A DNA stretch of 64,000 nucleotides, from positions 44,702,001 to 44,766,000 of the forward strand of contig OZ024745.1 in NCBI GenBank assembly GCA_964016885.1. The letters are read 5' to 3'. Below, in pieces: positions 19,113 to 34,100 of the stretch. Numbering within the stretch: position 1 is the stretch's first letter; each line of letters opens with the position of its first letter. The position numbers were made by a program, and so were the translations under genes. The notes below the pieces were generated by a model that was not told where the DNA came from, did not search any database, and was given only the letters and a program-made list of their open reading frames with translations. The stretch is from Eledone cirrhosa. Its lineage: Eukaryota.

Positions 19113-22100
19113 TGGACAGTCTGGTACGTGGTATATAGTGACACTAGACAGTCTGGTACTTGGTATATAGTGACACTGGACAGTCTGATACTTGGTATAT
19201 AGTGACACTGGACAGTCTGGTACTTGGTATATAGTGACACTGGACAGTCTGATACTTGGTATATAGTGACACTGGACAGTCTGATACTTGGTATATAGTG
19301 ACACTAGACAGTCTGGTACTTGGTATATAGTGACACTGGACAGTCTGATACTTGGTATATAGTGACACTGGACAGTCTGGTACTTGGTATATAGTGATAC
19401 TAGACAGTCTGGTACTTGGTATATAGTGACACTGGACAGTCTGGTACTTGGTATATAGTGACACTGGACAGTCTGTTACTTGGTATATAGTGACACTGGA
19501 CAGTCTGGTACATGGTATAGAGTGACACTAGACAGTCTGGTACTTGGTATATAGTGACACTGGACAGTCTGATACTTGGTATATAGTGACACTGGACAGT
19601 CTGGTACTTGGTATATAGTGACACTGGACAGTCTGGTACTTGGTATATAGTGACACTAGACAGTCTGTTACTTGGTATATAGTGACACTAGACAGTTTGG
19701 TACTTGGTATATAGTAACACTGGACAGTCTGGTACTTGGTATATAGTGACACTGGACAGTCTGGTACTTGGTATATAGTGACACTGGACAGTCTGATATT
19801 TGGTATATAGTGACACTAGACAGTCTGTTACTTGGTATATAGTGATACTGGACAGTCTGGTACTTGGTATATAGTGACACTGGACAGTCTGATACTTGGT
19901 ATATAGTGACACTAGACAGTCTGTTACTTGGTATATAGTGACACTGGACAGTCTGGTACTTGGTATATAGTGACACTGGACAGTCTGGTACTTGGTATAT
20001 AGTGACACTAGACAGTCTGGTACTTGGTATATAGTGACACTGGACAGTCTGATACTTGGTATATAGTGACATTGGACAGTCTGATACTTGGTATATAGTG
20101 ACACTGGACAGTCTGATACTTGGTATATAGTGACACTAGACAGTCTGGTACTTGGTATATAGTGACACTAGACAGTTTGGTATTTGGTATATAGTAACAC
20201 TAGACAGTCTGGTACTTGGTATATAGTGACACTGGATAGTATGATATTGGTATATAGTGACATTGGACAGTCTGATACTTGGTATATAGTGACACTGGAC
20301 AGTCTGGTACTTGGTATATAGTGACACTGGACAGTCTGGTACTTTGTATATAGTGACACTGGACAGTCTGTTACTTGGTATATAGTGACACTGGGCAGTC
20401 TGGTACTTGGTATATAGTGACACTAGACAGTTTGGTACTTGGTATATAGTGACACTAGACAGTGTGGTACTTGGTATATAGTGACACTGGACAGTCTGAT
20501 ACTTGGTATATAGTGACACTGGAGAGTCTGATACTTGGTATATAGTGACACTAGAGAGTCTGATACTTGGTATATAGTGACACTGGACAGTCTGGTACTT
20601 GGTATATAGTGATACTAGACAGTTTGGTACTTGGTATATAGTGACACTAGACAGTCTGATACTTGGTATATAGTGACACTGGACAGCCTGATACTTGGTA
20701 TATAGTGACACTGGACAGTCTAGTACTTGGTATATAGTGACACTGGACAGTCTGGTACTTGGTATATAGTGTTACTGGACAGTCTGGTACTTGGTATATA
20801 GTGACACTAGACAGTCTGGTACTTGGTATATAGTAACACTGGACAGTCTGGTACTTGGTATATAGTGACACTAGACAGTCTGGTACTTGGTATATAGTGT
20901 TACTGGACAGTCTGGTACTTGGTATATAGTGACACTAGACAGTCTGGTAGTTGGTATATAGTGACACTGGACAGTCTGATACATGGCATATAGTGACACT
21001 GGACAGTCTGATACTTGGTATATAGTGACACTAGACAGTCTGGTACTTGGTATATACTGACACTGGACAGTCTGATACTTGGTATATAGTGTTACTGGCG
21101 AGTCTGGAACTTGGTATATAGTGACACTGGACAGTCTGATACTTGGTATATAGTGACACTGGACAGTCTGGTAATTGGTATATAGTGACACTGGACAGTC
21201 TGATACTTGGTATATAGTGACACTGGACAGTCTGATACTTGGTATATAGTGACACTAGACAGTCTGGTACTTGGTATATAGTGACACTGGACAGCCTGGT
21301 ACTTGGTATATAGTGACACTAGACAGTCTGGTACTTCGTATATAGTGTTACTGGACAGTCTGGTACTTGGTATATAGTGACACTAGACAGTCTGGTACTT
21401 GGTATATAGTGACACTGGACAGTCTGGTAGTTGGTATATAGTGACACTGGACAGTCTGATACTTGGCATATAGTGACACTGGACAGTCTGATACTTGGTA
21501 TATAGTGACACTAGACAGTCTGGTACTTGGTATATAGTGACACTAGACAGTCTGGTACTTGGTATATAGTGACACTGGACAATCTGGTATTTGGTATATA
21601 GTGACACTGGACAGTCTGATACTTGGTATATAGTGACACTGGAAGTCTTGTACTTGGTATATAGTGACACTAGACAGTCTGGTACTTGGTATATAGTTAC
21701 ACTGGACAGTCTGGTACTTGGTATATAGTGACACTGGACAGTCTGGTACTTGGTATATAGTGACACTAGACAGTCTGGTACTTGGTATATAGTGTTACTG
21801 GACAGTCTGGTACTTGGTATATAGTGACACTAGACAGTCTGGTACTTGGTATATAGTGACACTAAACAGTCTGGTACTTGGTATATAGTGACACTGGACA
21901 ATCTGGTATTTGGTATATAGTGACAGTAGACAGTCTGGTACTTGGTATATAGAGACATTGGACAGTCTGGTACCTGGTATATAGTGATACTGGACAATCT
22001 GGTACTTGGTATATAGTGACACTGGACAGTCTGATACTTGGTATATAGTGACACTGAACAGTCTGGTACTTGGTATATAGTGTTACTGGACAGTCTGGTA

Positions 22101-25100
22101 ATTGGTATATAGTGACACTAGACAGTCTGGTACTTGGTATATAGTGACACTGGACAGTCTGGTTCTTGGTATATAGAGACACTAGACAGTCTGGTACTTG
22201 GTATATAGTGACACTAGATAGTCTGGTACTTGGTATATAGTGACACTAGACAGTCTGGTACTTGGTATATAGTGGCACTGGACAGTCTGATACTTAGTAT
22301 ATAGTGACACTGGACAGTCTGGTACTTGGTATATAGTGACACTGGAAGTCTTGTACTTGGTATATAGTGACACTAGACAGTCTGGTACTTGGTATATAGT
22401 GACACTGGACAGTCAGGTACTTGGCATATAGTGACACTGGACAGTCTGATACTTGGTATATAGTGACACTAGACAGTCTGGTACTTGGTATATAGTGACA
22501 CTGGACAGTCGGGTACTTGGTATATAGTGACACTGGACAGTCTGATACTTGGTATATAGTGACACTAGACAGTCTGGTACTTGGTATATAGTGACACTGG
22601 ACAGTCTGGTACTTGATATATAGTGACACTGGACAGTCTGATACTTGGTATATAGTGACAATGGACAGTCTGATACTTGGTATATAGTGACACTGGACAG
22701 TCTGGTAATTGGTATATAGTGACACTGGACAGTCTGATACTCGGTATATAGTGAAACTGGACAGTATGGTACTTGGTATATAGAGACACCGGACAGTCTG
22801 ATATTGGTATATAGTGACACTGGACAGTCTGGTACTTGGTATATAGTGACATTGGACAGTCTGTTACTTGGTATATAGTGACATTAGACAGTCTGGTAAT
22901 TGGTATATAATGACACTGGACAGTCTGATACGTGGTATATAGTGACACTGGACAGTCTGGTACTTGGTATAGAGTGACACTAGACAGTCTGGTACTTGGT
23001 ATATAGTGACACTGGACAGTCTGATACTTGGTATATAGTGACACTGGACAGTCTGGTACTTGGTATATAGTGACACTGGACAGTCTGATACTTGGTATAT
23101 AGTGACACTAGACAGTCTGTTACTTGGTATATAGTGACACTGGACAGTCTGGTACTTGGTATATAGTGACACTGGACAGTCTGGTACTTGGTATATAGTG
23201 ACACTGGACAGTCTGGTACTTGGTATATAGTGACACTGGACAGTCTGATACTTGGTATATAGTGACACTGAAAAGTCTGGTACATGGTATATAGTGACAC
23301 TGGACAGTCTGATATTTGGTATATAGTGACACTAGACAGTCTGTTACTTGGTATATAGTGACACTGGACAGTCTGGTACTTGGTATATAGTGACACTGGA
23401 CAGTCTGATACTTGGTATATAGTGACACTAGACAGTCTGTTACTTGGTATATAGTGACACTGGACAGTCTGGTACTTGGTATATAGTGACACTGGACAGG
23501 CTGGTACTTGGTATATAGTGACACTGGACAGTCTGATACTTGGTATATAGTGACACTGGACAGTCTGATACTTGGTATATAGTGACACTAGACAGTCTGG
23601 TACTTGGTATATAGTCACACTAGACAGTTTGGTATTTGGTATATAGTGACACTAGACAGTCTGGTACTTGGTATATAGTGACACTGGATAGTCTGATATT
23701 GGTATATAGTGACATTGGACAGTCTGATACTTGGTATATAGTGACACTGGACAGTCTGGTACTTGGTATATAGTGACACTGGACAGTCTGGTATTTGGTA
23801 TATAGTGACACTGGACAGTCTGTTACTTGGTATATAGTGACACTGGGCAGTCTGGTACTTGGTATATAGTGACACTAGACAGTTTGGTACTTGGTATATA
23901 GTGACACTAGACAGTGTGGTACTTGGTATATAGTGACACTGGACGGTCTGATACTTGGTATATAGTGACACTGGAGAGTCTAATAATTGGTATATAGTGA
24001 CACTAGACAGTCTGATACTTGGTATATAGTGACACTGGACAGTCTGGTACTTGGTATATAGTGATACTAGACAGTTTGGTACTTGGTATATAGTGACACT
24101 AGACAGTCTGTTACTTGGTATATAGTGACACTGGACAGCCTGATACTTGGTATATAGTGACACTAGGCAGTCTGGTACTTGGTATATAGTGACACTGGAC
24201 AGTCTGGTACTTGGTATATAGTGACACTAGACAGTCTGGTACTTGGTATATAGTGACACTGGACAGTCTGATACTTGCTATATAGTGTTACTGGCGAGTC
24301 TGGTACTTGGTATATAGTGACACTGGACAGTCTGATACTTGGTATATAGTGACACTGGACAGTCTGGTAATTGGTATATAGTGACACTGGACAGTCTGAT
24401 AATTGGTATATAGTGACACTGGACAGTCTGATACTTGGTATATAGTGACACTAGACAGTCTGGTACTTGGTATATAGTGACACTGGACAGTCTGGTACTT
24501 GGTATATAGTGACACTGGACAGTCTGGTACTTGGTATATAGTGACACTGGACAGCCTGGTACTTGGTATATAGTGACACTAGACAGTCTGGTACTTGGTA
24601 TATAGTGTTACTGGACAGTCTGGTACTTGGTATATAGTGACACTAGACAGTCTGGTACTTGGTATATAGTGACACTGGACAGTCTGGTAGTTGGTATATA
24701 GTGACACTGGACAGTCTGATACTTGGTATATAGTGACACAGGAAGTCTGATACTTGGTATATAGTGACACTAGACAGTCTGGTACTTGGTATATAGTGAC
24801 ACTGGACAGTCTGGTACTTGGTATATAGTGACACTAGACAGTCTGGTACTTGGTATATAGTGTTACTGGACAGTCTGGTACTTGGTATATAGTGACACTA
24901 GACAGTCTGGTACTTGGTATATAGTGACACTAGACAGTCTGGTACTTGGTATATAGTGACACTGGACAATCTGGTATTTGGTATATAGTGACAGTAGACA
25001 GTCTGGTACTTGGTATATAGTGACACTGGACAGTCTGGTACCTGGTATATAGTGACACTGGACAGTCTGATACTTGGTATATAGTGACACTGGACAGTCT

Positions 25101-28100
25101 GATACTTGGTATATAGTGACACTGGACAGTCTGGTACTTGGTATATAGTGACACTGGACAGTCTGATACTTGGTATATAGTGACACTGGACAGTCTGGTA
25201 CTTGGTATATAGTGACACTGGACAGTCGGGTACTTGGTATATAGTGACACTGGACAGTCTGATACTTGGTATATAGTGACACTAGACAGTCTGGTACTTG
25301 GTATATAGTGACACTGGACAGTCTGGTACTTGGTATATAGTGACACTGGACAGTCTGGTACTTGGTATATAGTGACACTGGACAGTCTGGTACTTGGTAT
25401 ATAGTGACACTGGAGAGTCTGATACTTGGTATATAGTGACGCTGGACAGTCTGGTACTTGGTATATAGTGTTACTGGACAGTCTGGTACGTGGTATATAG
25501 TGACACTGGTCAGTCGGATACTTGGTATATAGTGACACTGGACAGTCTGATACTTGGTATATAGTGACACTAGCCAGTCTGATACTTGGTATATAGTGAC
25601 ACTGGACAGTTTGGTACTTGGTATATAGTGACACTAGCCAGTCTGATACTTGGTATATAGTGACACTGGACAGTCTGGTACTTGGTATATAGTGACACTA
25701 GACAGTCTGATACTTGGTATATAGTGACACTGGACAGTCTGGTACTTGGTATATAGTGTTACTGGACAGTCTGGTACTTGGTATATAGTGACACTGGACA
25801 GTCTAGTACTTGGTATATAGTGACACTAGACAGTCTGATACTTGGTATATAGTGACACTGGACACTCTGGTACTTGGTATATAGTGACACTGGACAGTAT
25901 GGTACTTGGTATATATTGACACTAGACAGTCTGGTACTTGGTATATAGTGTTACTGGACAGTCTGGTACTTGGTAGATAGTGACACTAGACAGTCTGGTA
26001 CTTGGTATATAGTGACACTGGACAGTCAGGTAGTTGGTATATAGTGACACTGGACAGTCTGATACTTGGTATATAGTGACACTGGAAGTCTGATACTTGG
26101 TATATAGTGACACTAGACAGTCTGGTACTTGGTATATAGTGACACTGGACAGTCTGGTACTTGGTATATAGTAACACTAGACAGTCTGGTACTTGGTATA
26201 TAGTGTTACTGGACAGTCTGGTACTTGGTATATAGTGACACTAGACAGTCTGGTACTTGGTATATAGTGACACTAGACAGTCTGGTACTTGGTATATAGT
26301 GACACTGGACAATCTGGTATTTAGTATATAGTGACAGTAGACAGTCTGGTACTTGGTATATAGTGACACTAGACAGTCTGGTACTTGGTATATAGTGACA
26401 CTGGACAGTCTGGTACCTGGTATATAGTGATACTGGACAGTCTGATACTTGGTATATAGTGACACTGGACAGCCTGGTACTTGGTATATAGTGACACTAG
26501 ACAGTCTGGTAGTTGGTATATAGTGACACTGGACAGTCTGATACATGGCATATAGTGACACTGGACAGTCTGATACTTGGTATATAGTGACACTAGACAG
26601 TCTGTTACTTGGTATATAGTGACACTGGACAATCTGGTATTTGGTATATAGTGACAGTAGACAGTCTGGTACTTGGTATATAGTGACACTGGACAGTCTG
26701 GTACCTGGTATATAGTGATACTGGACAGTTTGGTACTTGGTATATAGTGACACTGGACAGTCTGATACTTGGTATATAGTGACACTGGACAGTCTGATAC
26801 TTGGTATATAGTGACACTGGACAGTCTGGTACTTGGTATATAGTGACACTGGACAGTCTGATACTTGGTATATAGTGACACTGGACAGTCTGGTACTTGG
26901 TATATAGTGACACTGGACAGTCGGGTACTTGGTATATAGTGACACTGGACAGTCTGATACTTGGTATATAGTGACACTAGACAGTCTGGTACTTGGTATA
27001 TAGTGACACTGGACAGTCTGGTACTTGGTATATAGTGACACTGGACAGTCTGGTACTTGGTATATAGTGACACTGGACAGTCTGGTACTTGGTATATAGT
27101 GACACTGGAGAGTCTGATACTTGGTATATAGTGACGCTGGACAGTCTGGTACTTGGTATATAGTGTTACTGGACAGTCTGGTACGTGGTATATAGTGACA
27201 CTGGTCAGTCGGATACTTGGTATATAGTGACACTGGACAGTCTGATACTTGGTATATAGTGACACTAGCCAGTCTGATACTTGGTATATAGTGACACTGG
27301 ACAGTCTGGTACTTGGTATATAGTGACACTAGCCAGTCTGATACTTGGTATATAGTGACACTGGACAGTCTGGTACTTGGTATATAGTGACACTAGACAG
27401 TCTGATACTTGGTATATAGTGACACTGGACAGTCTGGTACTTGGTATATAGTGTTACTGGACAGTCTGGTACTTGGTATATAGTGACACTGGACAGTCTA
27501 GTACTTGGTTTATAGTGACACTAGACAGTCTGATACTTGGTATATAGTGACACTGGACACTCTGGTACTTGGTATATAGTGACACTGGACAGTATGGTAC
27601 TTGGTATATAGTGACACTAGACAGTCTGGTACTTGGTATATAGTGTTACTGGACAGTCTGGTACTTGGTAGATAGTGACACTAGACAGTCTGGTACTTGG
27701 TATATAGTGACACTGGACAGTCAGGTAGTTGGTATATAGTGACACTGGACAGTCTGATACTTGGTATATAGTGACACTGGAAGTCTGATACTTGGTATAT
27801 AGTGACACTAGACAGTCTGGTACTTGGTATATAGTGACACTGGACAGTCTGGTACTTGGTATATAGTAACACTAGACAGTCTGGTACTTGGTATATAGTG
27901 TTACTGGACAGTCTGGTACTTGGTATATAGTGACACTAGACAGTCTGGTACTTGGTATATAGTGACACTAGACAGTCTGGTACTTGGTATATAGTGACAC
28001 TGGACAGTCTGGTACCTGGTATATAGTGATACTGGACAGTCTGATACTTGGTATATAGTGACACTGGACAGCCTGGTACTTGGTATATAGTGACACTAGA

Positions 28101-31100
28101 CAGTCTGGTAGTTGGTATATAGTGACACTGGACAGTCTGATACATGGCATATAGTGACACTGGACAGTCTGATACATGGCATATAGTGACACTGGACAGT
28201 CTGGTACTTGGTATATAGTGACACTGGACAGTCTGGTACTTGGTATATAGTGACACTGGAAGTCTTGTACTTGGTATATAGTGACACTAGACAGTCTGGT
28301 ACTTGGTATATAGTGACACTGGACAGTCAGGTACTTGGCATATAGTGACACTGGACAGTCTGATACTTGGTATATAGTGACACTAGACAGTCTGGTACTT
28401 GGTATATAGTGACACTGGACAGTCGGGTACTTGGTATATAGTGACACTGGACAGTCTGATACTTGGTATATAGTGACACTAGACAGTCTGGTACTTGGTA
28501 TATAGTGACACTGGACAGTCTGGTACTTGATATATAGTGACACTGGACAGTCTGATACTTGGTATATAGTGACAATGGACAGTCTGATACTTGGTATATA
28601 GTGACACTGGACAGTCTGGTAATTGGTATATAGTGACACTGGACAGTCTGATACTCGGTATATAGTGACACTGGACAGTATGGTACTTGGTATATAGAGA
28701 CACTGGACAGTCTGATATTGGTATATAGTGACACTGGACAGTCTGGTACTTGGTATATAGTGACATTGGACAGTCTGTTACTTGGTATATAGTGACATTA
28801 GACAGTCTGGTAATTGGTATATAATGACACTGGACAGTCTGATACGTGGTATATAGTGACACTGGACAGTCTGGTACTTGGTATAGAGTGACACTAGACA
28901 GTCTGGTACTTGGTATATAGTGACACTGGACAGTCTGATACTTGGTATATAGTGACACTGGACAGTCTGGTACTTGGTATATAGTGACACTGGACAGTCT
29001 GGTACTTGGTATATAGTGACACTAGACAGTCTGTTACTTGGTATATAGTGACACTGGACAGTCTGGTACTTGGTATATAGTGACACTGGACAGTCTGGTA
29101 CTTGGTATATAGTGACACTGGACAGTCTGGTACTTGGTATATAGTGACACTGGACAGTCTGATACTTGGTATATAGTGACACTGAAAAGTCTGGTACATG
29201 GTATATAGTGACACTGGACAGTCTGATATTTGGTATATAGTGACACTAGACAGTCTGTTACTTGGTATATAGTGACACTGGACAGTCTGGTACTTGGTAT
29301 ATAGTGACACTGGACAGTCTGATACTTGGTATATAGTGACACTAGACAGTCTGTTACTTGGTATATAGTGACACTGGACAGTCTGGTACTTGGTATATAG
29401 TGACACTGGACAGGCTGGTACTTGGTATATAGTGACACTGGACAGTCTGATACTTGGTATATAGTGACACTGCACAGTCTGATACTTGGTATATAGTGAC
29501 ACTAGACAGTCTGGTACTTGGTATATAGTCACACTAGACAGTTTGGTATTTGGTATATAGTGACACTAGACAGTCTGGTACTTGGTATATAGTGACACTG
29601 GATAGTCTGATATTGGTATATAGTGACATTGGACAGTCTGATACTTGGTATATAGTGACACTGGACAGTCTGGTACTTGGTATATAGTGACACTGGACAG
29701 TCTGGTATTTGGTATATAGTGACACTGGACAGTCTGTTACTTGGTATATAGTGACACTGGGCAGTCTGGTACTTGGTATATAGTGACACTAGACAGTTTG
29801 GTACTTGGTATATAGTGACACTAGACAGTGTGGTACTTGGTATATAGTGACACTGGACGGTCTGATACTTGGTATATAGTGACACTGGAGAGTCTGATAA
29901 TTGGTATATAGTGACACTAGACAGTCTGATACTTGGTATATAGTGACACTGGACAGTCTGGTACTTGGTATATAGTGATACTAGACAGTTTGGTACTTGG
30001 TATATAGTGACACTAGACAGTCTGTTACTTGGTATATAGTGACACTGGACAGCCTGATACTTGGTATATAGTGACACTGGACAGTCTAGTACTTGGTATA
30101 TAATGACACTGGACAGTCTGGTACTTAGTATATAGTGTTACTGGACAGTCTGGTACTTGGTATATAGTGACACTAGGCAGTCTGGTACTTGGTATATAGT
30201 GACACTGGACAGTCTGGTACGTGGTATATAGTGACACTGGTCAGTCGGATACTTGGTATATAGTGACACTGGACAGTCTGATACTTGGTATATAGTGACA
30301 CTAGCCAGTCTGATACTTGGTATATAGTGACACTGGACAGTCTGGTACTTGGTATATAGTGACACTAGCCAGTCTGATACTTGGTATATAGTGACACTGG
30401 ACAGTCTGGTACTTGGTATATAGTGACACTAGACAGTCTGATACTTGGTATATAGTGACACTGGACAGTCTGGTACTTGGTATATAGTGTTACTGGACAG
30501 TCTGGTACTTGGTATATAGTGACACTGGACAGTCTAGTACTTGGTATATAGTGACACTAGACAGTCTGATACTTGGTATATAGTGACACTGGACACTCTG
30601 GTACTTGGTATATAGTGACACTGGACAGTATGGTACTTGGTATATAGTGACACTAGACAGTCTGGTACTTGGTATATAGTGTTACTGGACAGTCTGGTAC
30701 TTGGTAGATAGTGACACTAGACAGTCTGGTACTTGGTATATAGTGACACTGGACAGTCAGGTAGTTGGTATATAGTGACACTGGACAGTCTGATACTTGG
30801 TATATAGTGACACTGGAAGTCTGATACTTGGTATATAGTGACACTAGACAGTCTGGTACTTGGTATATAGTGACACTGGACAGTCTGGTACTTGGTATAT
30901 AGTAACACTAGACAGTCTGGTACTTGGTATATAGTGACACTGGACAGTCTGGTACCTGGTATATAGTGACACTGGACAGTCTGATACTTGGTATATAGTG
31001 TTACTGGACAGTCTGGTACTTGGTATATAGTGACACTAGACAGTCTGGTACTTGGTATATAGTGACACTAGACAGTCTGGTACTTGGTATATAGTGACAC

Positions 31101-34100
31101 TGGACAGTCTGGTACCTGGTATATAGTGATACTGGACAGTCTGATACTTGGTATATAGTGACACTGGACAGCCTGGTACTTGGTATATAGTGACACTAGA
31201 CAGTCTGGTAGTTGGTATATAGTGACACTGGACAGTCTGATACATGGCATATAATGACACTGGACAGTCTGATACATGGCATATAGTGACACTGGACAGT
31301 CTGGTACTTGGTATATAGTGACACTGGACAGTCTGGTACTTGGTATATAGTGACACTGGAAGTCTTGTACTTGGTATATAGTGACACTAGACAGTCTGGT
31401 ACTTGGTATATAGTGACACTGGACAGTCAGGTACTTGGCATATAGTGACACTGGACAGTCTGATACTTGGTATATAGTGACACTAGACAGTCTGGTACTT
31501 GGTATATAGTGACACTGGACAGTCGGGTACTTGGTATATAGTGACACTGGACAGTCTGATACTTGGTATATAGTGACACTAGACAGTCTGGTACTTGGTA
31601 TATAGTGACACTGGACAGTCTGGTACTTGATATATAGTGACACTGGACAGTCTGATACTTGGTATATAGTGACAATGGACAGTCTGATACTTGGTATATA
31701 GTGACACTGGACAGTCTGGTAATTGGTATATAGTGACACTGGACAGTCTGATACTCGGTATATAGTGACACTGGACAGTATGGTACTTGGTATATAGAGA
31801 CACTGGACAGTCTGATATTGGTATATAGTGACACTGGACAGTCTGGTACTTGGTATATAGTGACATTGGACAGTCTGTTACTTGGTATATAGTGACATTA
31901 GACAGTCTGGTAATTGGTATATAATGACGCTGGACAGTCTGATACGTGGTATATAGTGACACTGGACAGTCTGGTACTTGGTATAGAGTGACACTAGACA
32001 GTCTGGTACTTGGTATATAGTGACACTGGACAGTCTGATACTTGGTATATAGTGACACTGGACAGTCTGGTACTTGGTATATAGTGACACTGGACAGTCT
32101 GGTACTTGGTATATAGTGACACTAGACAGTCTGTTACTTGGTATATAGTGACACTGGACAGTCTGGTACTTGGTATATAGTGACACTGGACAGTCTGGTA
32201 CTTGGTATATAGTGACACTGGACAGTCTGGTACTTGGTATATAGTGACACTGGACAGTCTGATACTTGGTATATAGTGACACTGAAAAGTCTGGTACATG
32301 GTATATAGTGACACTGGACAGTCTGATATTTGGTATATAGTGACACTAGACAGTCTGTTACTTGGTATATAGTGACACTGGACAGTCTGGTACTTGGTAT
32401 ATAGTGACACTGGACAGTCTGATACTTGGTATATAGTGACACTAGACAGTCTGTTACTTGGTATATAGTGACACTGGACAGTCTGGTACTTGGTATATAG
32501 TGACACTGGACAGGCTGGTACTTGGTATATAGTGACACTGGACAGTCTGATACTTGGTATATAGTGACACTGGACAGTCTGATACTTGGTATATAGTGAC
32601 ACTAGACAGTCTGGTACTTGGTATATAGTCACACTAGACAGTTTGGTATTTGGTATATAGTGACACTAGACAGTCTGGTACTTGGTATATAGTGACACTG
32701 GATAGTCTGATATTGGTATATAGTGACATTGGACAGTCTGATACTTGGTATATAGTGACACTGGACAGTCTGCTACTTGGTATATAGTGACACTGGACAG
32801 TCTGGTATTTGGTATATAGTGACACTGGACAGTCTGTTACTTGGTATATAGTGACACTGGGCAGTCTGGTACTTGGTATATAGTGACACTAGACAGTTTG
32901 GTACTTGGTATATAGTGACACTAGACAGTGTGGTACTTGGTATATAGTGACACTGGACGGTCTGATACTTGGTATATAGTGACACTGGAGAGTCTGATAA
33001 TTGGTATATAGTGACACTAGACAGTCTGATACTTGGTATATAGTGACACTGGACAGTCTGGTACTTGGTATATAGTGATACTAGACAGTTTGGTACTTGG
33101 TATATAGTGACACTAGACAGTCTGTTACTTGGTATATAGTGACACTGGACAGCCTGATACTTGGTATATAGTGACACTGGACAGTCTAGTACTTGGTATA
33201 TAATGACACTGGACAGTCTGGTACTTAGTATATAGTGTTACTGGACAGTCTGGTACTTTGTATATAGTGACACTAGGCAGTCTGGTACTTGGTATATAGT
33301 GACACTGGACAGTCTGGTACTTGGTATATAGTGACACTAGACAGTCTGGTACTTGGTATATAGTGACACTGGACAGTCTGATACTTGGTATATAGTGTTA
33401 CTGGCGAGTCTGGTACTTGCTATATAGTGACACTGGACAGTCTGATACTTGGTATATAGTGACACTGGACAGTCTGGTAATTGGTATATAGTGACACTGG
33501 ACAGTCTGATACTTGGTATATAGTGACACTGGACAGTCTGATACTTGGTATATAGTGACACTAGACAGTCTGGTACTTGGTATATAGTGACACTGGACAG
33601 TCTGGTACTTGGTATATAGTGACACTGGACAGTCTGGTACTTGGTATATAGTGACACTGGACAGCCTGGTACTTGGTATATAGTGACACTAGACAGTCTG
33701 GTACTTGGTATATAGTGTTACTGGACAGTCTGGTACTTGGTATATAGTGACACTAGACAGTCTGGTACTTGGTATATAGTGACACTGGACAGTCTGGTAG
33801 TTGGTATATAGTGACACTGGACAGTCTGATACTTGGTATATAGTGACACTGGAAGTCTGATACTTGGTATATAGTGACACTAGACAGTCTGGTACTTGGT
33901 ATATAGTGACACTGGACAGTCTGGTACTTGGTATATAGTGACACTAGACAGTCTGGTACTTGGTATATAGTGTTACTGGACAGTCTGGTACTTGGTATAT
34001 AGTGACACTAGACAGTCTGGTACTTGGTATATAGTGACACTAGACAGTCTGGTACTTGGTATATAGTGACACTGGACAATCTGGTATTTGGTATATAGTG

